A DNA stretch of 64,000 nt from Klebsormidium nitens (Eukaryota > Plantae > Klebsormidiophyceae). The stretch spans positions 62,001-126,000 of the forward strand of contig DF237107.1 in NCBI GenBank assembly GCA_000708835.1, in the 5' to 3' direction. This document shows, piece after piece, positions 58,029-64,000 of the stretch (positions within the stretch are counted from its first letter, which is position 1; each line of letters begins with the position of its first letter). The notes beneath the pieces were generated by a model that searched no databases, was not told where the DNA came from, and saw only the letters and a program-made list of their open reading frames with translations. Made by a program: the position numbers and the translations under genes.

Positions 58029-61000
58029 ATGGCGCTGATCCCTCCTCACCCATGGGTTCATGCAGTCGTGGCCATCATTGGCACCCTCGTGTGCCTCTAC
58101 TCTTTCCTAGGCAGGCTTTGGAAGGGCACATTTCTTACCTCGGAGGTGATGGCTGCGACAGCGGTTGGAGTCATCATCGGTCCTGCCGCTGCCAGGATCA
58201 TAGATCCTCAAACGCAGCTTTCCAGACATACATTGTATGGGATCGTTGAGGCGGTGAGGCCTCCCTTTGGTTGCAGGAGAATGGCAAATGCAGTGCCAGG
58301 ATTCTCATAGCAAGGATGTCCACCAAGGACATTGGAGATTGTCAGCTACTCATTCAATCCAACAGATCGTTGTTGATTTTCCCAAGTCAAAAGTCAGAAA
58401 GGGCGCACTCTTGTGCACCAAAGCGTTATCTGACTTCAAGACCGCATTTATTTTCAATTTGCAGCCCCTTGTATTTTGTGGTAATGCAGCGTCATCTGCA
58501 AATTCCCATGTGCAAACTGGCAATTCCTGCACTCTGACCAGGCCCTTTCCCTTTTGCATGCAGTTCTCAGCCTCCGTTCTGGCTGTCCAGTCAGTCTCCA
58601 TCGCCCTCTCTCTGCCCCAGTGTTACTACGAGCGCAACTGGCGCTCAGTGCTCATCTTAGTGGGGCCCCTCATGCTAGTTACCTGGGCCATCTCATTTGG
58701 ATTGGCCGTGGCGCTGTTTGTGGGGCGATTAGGTGTCCTGAATTGTCTACTCATTGGGGCCACTTTGACGCCGACTGATCCAATCCTGGCCAGCACGATC
58801 GTGGAGGGCCGATCCGCTGAGACGTAAGGACCGGAAATGCGTCTTACACAATTAGATGGTTTCATTCAGAGTTGCGCGTCCTCGGTTTGCTCTTACAAGA
58901 CAGCTTAGGGTGCGCGTCGACCGAAAAGCTGCAGAAAGCTATTCAGATTTCTTAGTCAATTGGATGGCCTTTCAGATCCACGTGGTATATCACGGTACAT
59001 ACCAGATGGGTGATATGGCCCTAAAAGTACCGTACCTCCTACCTAACGGTACTACAAAGGCAACACTGGAGGCCAAGTAGATCTTCGGTCGACGCGCAAC
59101 CTTACAATCATAGAGACCAACTTACTTCCCTGGGTGGTGCAGGGACCGTTTGGCAGAAGACGGTCAGTCTGCCTTGACATACAAAAAAGACTGCCAATGT
59201 CCAGTCTGTCGGCAAGCAGGATTGCAAGCACAATCTCGTCCCAGAATGCTCCATATTTAGCTTTGGACACCCAGTCAACAGATTCGAAAAACAGGGTCTC
59301 TCATCATCTTTGAACCCGTTGCGGCACGTTGCTTGTCTGCCTTTGGAATTGAACATTGCCTCAATTCCTGAGGCATCAATGTTCAGTGCCTCGACTGTCT
59401 CCATTTCATTTGCCCCTGCAAAAAATGCGACGATCTGCGCAGTCCGCTCACTTTGTAATCTGCCTTTGGCCAAGTCGACTTACAAACCTGGTTTGCCTCG
59501 GCCAAGTATTTGATCATTTGAAAGTATAGGTAACCCTGTACTCCTTTCCAACTAGTTTTCGTCTGAGCCACCCCACTGCCCCCACCTTCCATTTTTCCTA
59601 AGCCGTAATCAGTGCCCTTCCATGTAACTAGGTTGGTCTGACCATTCACCAGTGCTGCCGGCCCCATCTTCTGATTTGTGCGAGCGTGCCACTCGTCCCT
59701 AAACATCGGTATTGAAATTCCGGCTTTCACCTCAAACAAAACTACGCATGCATTCACGGCTCCTATATGTGCAGATTTGTCAGACTGAGTTACTAAAAGT
59801 TTGATAGTCAAACTCCCTTGCAGATACATCCCAGAGGAGCTGCGCAACATTCTGCAGGCGGAGAGCGCGCTCAACGATGGGGCCGCATATCCACATGTTG
59901 CCCTCGCCGTGCTTCTTCTCGATCCTGACTTTTCAAAGGGGGAGGCGATCGCACGCTGGTTCTACAAGGGGTGGGCTTATGACGTAAGCAAGACTAGTCG
60001 GAAGGCCTTGATTGTGGAACAGTCATTGCATCTCTGGAAGTGCGAAAAGTAGAAAACTGACAGTCGAAGAATTCTCAACACCAACAAAAATACTTCACGT
60101 GCGGTTGCATCCTCCAACTCTGCACCCACTCTGAGCCTCGAAGCAACTCGACCCGTTCCTTGACGACTCTTTCCAGTGCGGGCAGCTGACAAACGAGATG
60201 AAAGCTGCTGGACTATCTTCCCAAGTCGGAAGTCTCTGTGACGGGTGCAGATTGCTTACGGTGTTCTGTGCTTGATAGGTCTTTGCAAACGATTCGCAGA
60301 TGTTTCTGGGCATCGCCATGGGCGCTGCGTACGGCTTCTGCTGCCGCCTGCTCAACATCCTCGGCCGCCGCTACAAGCTGGTCGAGCGGCAATCGTTCCT
60401 GGCGCACGTGTTCGGTATGGCCCTCGGGGTCGTGGGGACAGTCACGCTGGTCGGTGAGTGGCACCGCACTCCTTTCTATCCTAGATATTTCAAGAGAAGC
60501 GAGCATCTCGGAATTACGGAATTGTGGATGTGGAGTACTTTGTTTCTACAGAGCATTATCCCATTTTTCGTTGGAACGTGCTGACCTTCAGTTACCAGTG
60601 TCTCAACCTCAAGTCTGACATGCAAGAGTTCGCACCCTTTTGCTCCATGATTGGGACCAGAGACTCAACTCTTCCCAAGCTCAATATCTTCCCAAGCTCG
60701 ACATCTTGGAGATATCGTTGGTAATCACTTTGCCCGACTACAAGGCATAAGCCTGTGGTCGATGACCATCAACGAGCACTCTACCTCCACATCGGCAGAC
60801 TCGTTTGGCAGACCCTGATCCTCCGAAGAGTCTGGCGAAACGTAGTGCTGGCGACTCCACTCTGTTACACATACGAATGAAGTTCGCATCTCTAATACTA
60901 CTTACCCAGATCCAGGTTGCTCGGCTTGCTGAACGGGCAACCACTAAGCATTCCCGTTTCGCTCAGGCTTCGACAAGCTTCCTCAGCTTGCGTTCCGAAG

Positions 61001-63207
61001 CTCGTTGAGGTTTCAGCTTCAAATTATCACTTTGCCCCATCATTCAACTCAGAAGTTCGGTGATTCTCAAAGCAAAAGTGCCTTGATCCCTCCTGTCAAG
61101 ACCGAACAACATCAATCCGTTTCGAAATGGTTGTGACCTAAGAAGACGTCAAACGGTTTTGAAAGTATTTTCTTGTTTTCCGCAGGCTCGGAAGGCGTCC
61201 TAGCCAGCACCGTCGCGGGTATCGCCTTCACCGCGCGTGAACCCGCCGAAGAAGCGGAAAAGTACGAGGCGCGCGCCGGCATCGAAGCAATCATCGTGAT
61301 GACGTATTTTGTCTTCTTCGGCGCGATCCTGCCCTATAAGCGATGGGACGAGATCGGCGTGTGGCGGCTATCGCTCTTTAGCCTGGCGGTAATCTTCCTA
61401 CGGCGGATGCCCGCAGTGATTCTGCTGAGCCCCTGGATTCCGGCGCTGGACCCCCACGAGGACTTCAGGGTGACGCTCACCAACGTCAGCGGGTGATGTC
61501 AGCCTTTTTGGACTCAGAGTCGGGTTCGCTGGGTGTGGTTGGCTGTCAGCGTGTGCTTGTACTCTTTTGACTTGCTCGCTTACTGATAAGCTGTTCCTTG
61601 CGTGATTCTCCTTCTTACTCTTAGGATCTTATTACAAAGAAAAGAAGTATCTTTTTGCAAATTCCATTTGTTTGTTAAAAGTCGATTCTGGGCTGATTTA
61701 TGAATTCTGGGGCAGGTATTGCAATTCTCAAGCCGCTTATTCTCGAAAGTTTGCTCTTGGAGATCACAGCTGAACAGATATCCGTCCGTGCTGTCCCGCC
61801 TCCTAGCTTTACCTTGAAACTCAGCGTGCAAAGCTGTGGCCCACCCTTAGTGCGGTGGGGCTAACGCAATATGTGTTCAAGAAGAAGCATGCCTTTCCCA
61901 GAGTGGGAGCGCGGCCAGACACGCTTCTGGAACACGAGTGCTTGTCAGCACATGCAAGCACGAGTCTTTTGTCAACTCAGAAAGGATCGTAAGCAGGATA
62001 CGTCATTCTCTAGCTGATTCGTTCCACCTGATATGCGGCTGCTTTCATGTGAAAGATCCTTGAGCATGCACAGTAATCAGAAGGGGGAAGAAGCCGACGT
62101 CAAGCGTTTCGTTTCGGCGACATACTTTCTCAGAGTGCGACTTTCTGTTTCAAAGCGAGCTTGCGAAGGATGCTTAGCAATTTTTTACATTCGCATCCCT
62201 TGCAGTTCTCCAGCCTAAAAGTCCGATGAGTTCATGCCCCGCTGCCCTGTATGGTGCAATCTGACATTTCCAGACACCCGACAGATGCACTCTCCTGTTC
62301 CGGGCAACTGCCAAGAACCAAGTGCTTTTGCCACGTGAGATTCCGGGCTGCTTGTAGATCTTCCCGACACTCTTGCGCAGGTTCAGACCAAGCCAGTCTC
62401 ATCCCGCGCACCCTTCCCGACGCTCTGCTTCTCCTCGACAATGCAAACGCTCTCCCCTTCTTCTCTGATCAGGCCGCGTTCGGCGGCTTCTTCGGCCCGA
62501 TCGGCGTTGGCACGCTCTACTACGCGGCGCTCGCGTTCCGCTTCGTCGAAAACGAGGACGTCTTCGCGGTACTGTCCTTCGTCGTGCTGGCGTCCGTAAT
62601 CGTCCACGGACTCTCCGCAACGCCGCTCTCCCTGAGCCTGCACTACGCGCTCAAGCACTGGAAGGAGCACCCCATCCAACCGACCGGGGGGCCCCTTCCG
62701 GGGCTCAAAGAGTGGCTGCACTACGGGCACTTCTGGGCGCACCTCTTTCACAGGTGGGCAGATTTAAGGTCCCCCGTTTCCAAAGATTCTAGATCGAAAA
62801 TCGTGAGAAGGGTGCCGGAACGTACGCTTGGGCTTCGACTTTGCATTACGGTAGGTTGGAACTTTCGCGAATCTTCTGTAAGACGTGGTGAGGAGCTGCG
62901 AAACGCTTTGCTCTCGAGCTTCTTATGGGGAACACGTGCTCTTGTTAACCGTAAAGGAAGTCAGTTTGTTTGCCAGCTCACAATATCGCTCAAGGCCCAA
63001 GGGCCGCAGCATTACGTCGTCTGAAAGGGTGGACTGCACTCAGTGCCTCCTATCGAGGCTCTTTGAAACACGGTCCTTGGTTGGATGAAAGGTCTTATCT
63101 AATTCTGTGACACTTGCAGGACTCTGCGATACGAGCACGAGCCCGAGCATCAGCCGCCGATCGCGCGACTTGAGAGCGGTTCCTCTACGCGAACTGCCGC
63201 TGAGTAA
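58029..63207 (+). CDS. CPA1-family Na+(K+)/H+ antiporter, fungal Nha1/Sod2-like or NhaP-like
   Basis: Exons 58029-58253, 58564-58823, 59824-59983, 60300-60453, 61186-61469, 62473-62753, ~63120-63207, phases consistent. Motifs: TPTDPILASTIV, LQAESALNDGAAYP, LRRMP, GFFGPIGVG, SVIVHGLS. Many hydrophobic helices. Confidence 0.88.
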
Positions 63208-64000
63208 TTGAAGCGATCAGGGTGCTTTGTCTTTTTAACTCCCAACGCACAAAAGCAGTCGAATACGGGCCGGGCACTAAGCATAATCGTCATTTGAATA
63301 GGTCCCGCAGGTATTATTGATGCAGAGTACATACGCCGATGCAGACTACTTAGCCGGGTGGTCCGACTACTGCTGTCGAGGACGTTCGAACACAAAGCGA
63401 ACAGACAATCCATCTACTGGTATGATAATCGGTCCAGCGTTTGGCAAACAGATATGTTTACAGTACGTACATCAGCTGTTGTTCTTGCCGTGTTCTACTT
63501 TGGGTGACACGACTAACCGGATGGCATTCGTGTAGCTAAGCGGCACGACAACGTCTGCCGATTTTGCGCGCTGATTGCAATGATGTCGTGAAGGCTTTAA
63601 CATTTGGTACAGGCACAATAAGCTAGCTAAGCGAAGCTAAGCTCTCCCTTAGGCTCGCGTGCATGACGTGCGCGCGGCCCCCTTTCAATTGCTCTACAGC
63701 GCATATGAAACCATAACCGACTGGACTGCATGTTTGATATCGTTTTGACTCGACATGCATGACATGATTGCTCTTGCATCATTCACAGGCGCGGCCTGCG
63801 ATCGATCTGGACGGTTAACGCAACACTTATAGCTAGATATCCAATCATGGCATCAAATTTCCTATAGATCGATACTGCATGTGGGCCGCCTTTTCATTGG
63901 TTGCATCCGGGCAATTATAAACCGGGAAAATTTGTGGGTCAATTTGCGCAGCCGCCTGCATGAGTACGCATATATTGAAATATATATAGGCGCCCGCGGT

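Overview
Eukaryotic, intron-rich nuclear DNA with GT-AG introns, GC-rich exons and one 20-N gap at 28824-28843. Gene content and style suggest a streptophyte green alga, Klebsormidium-like (inference). I assembled spliced genes by hand, checking splice phases. In order: a decayed HSP70-like pseudogene (+); two inverted paralogous 6-exon class II O-methyltransferases (5925-8813 -, 49533-52250 +); a large plastid-targeted membrane protein resembling Arabidopsis EMB1703 (-); two orphan genes (+); a putatively plastid-targeted Uma2/DUF820 nuclease-fold protein (-); a 14-exon DRP1/phragmoplastin dynamin (-); an Smr-less plastid-type MutS2 (+); an intron-containing tRNA-Lys(CTT) (-); a UIM + RING-H2 E3 ligase that is largely invisible in the ORF track (-); and a CPA1 cation/H+ antiporter with fungal Nha1/Sod2-like motifs (+). 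The most striking unexplained structure is that many introns are built from diverged tandem copies of the adjacent exon-intron junction, usually keeping GT or AG. These 'junction echoes' occur in four unrelated genes. Other oddities are an AT in place of a GT donor in one OMT copy, a PD-to-PQ change in the Uma2 catalytic motif, telomere-like repeats at branch-point positions, and MITE-like or hairpin inverted repeats.
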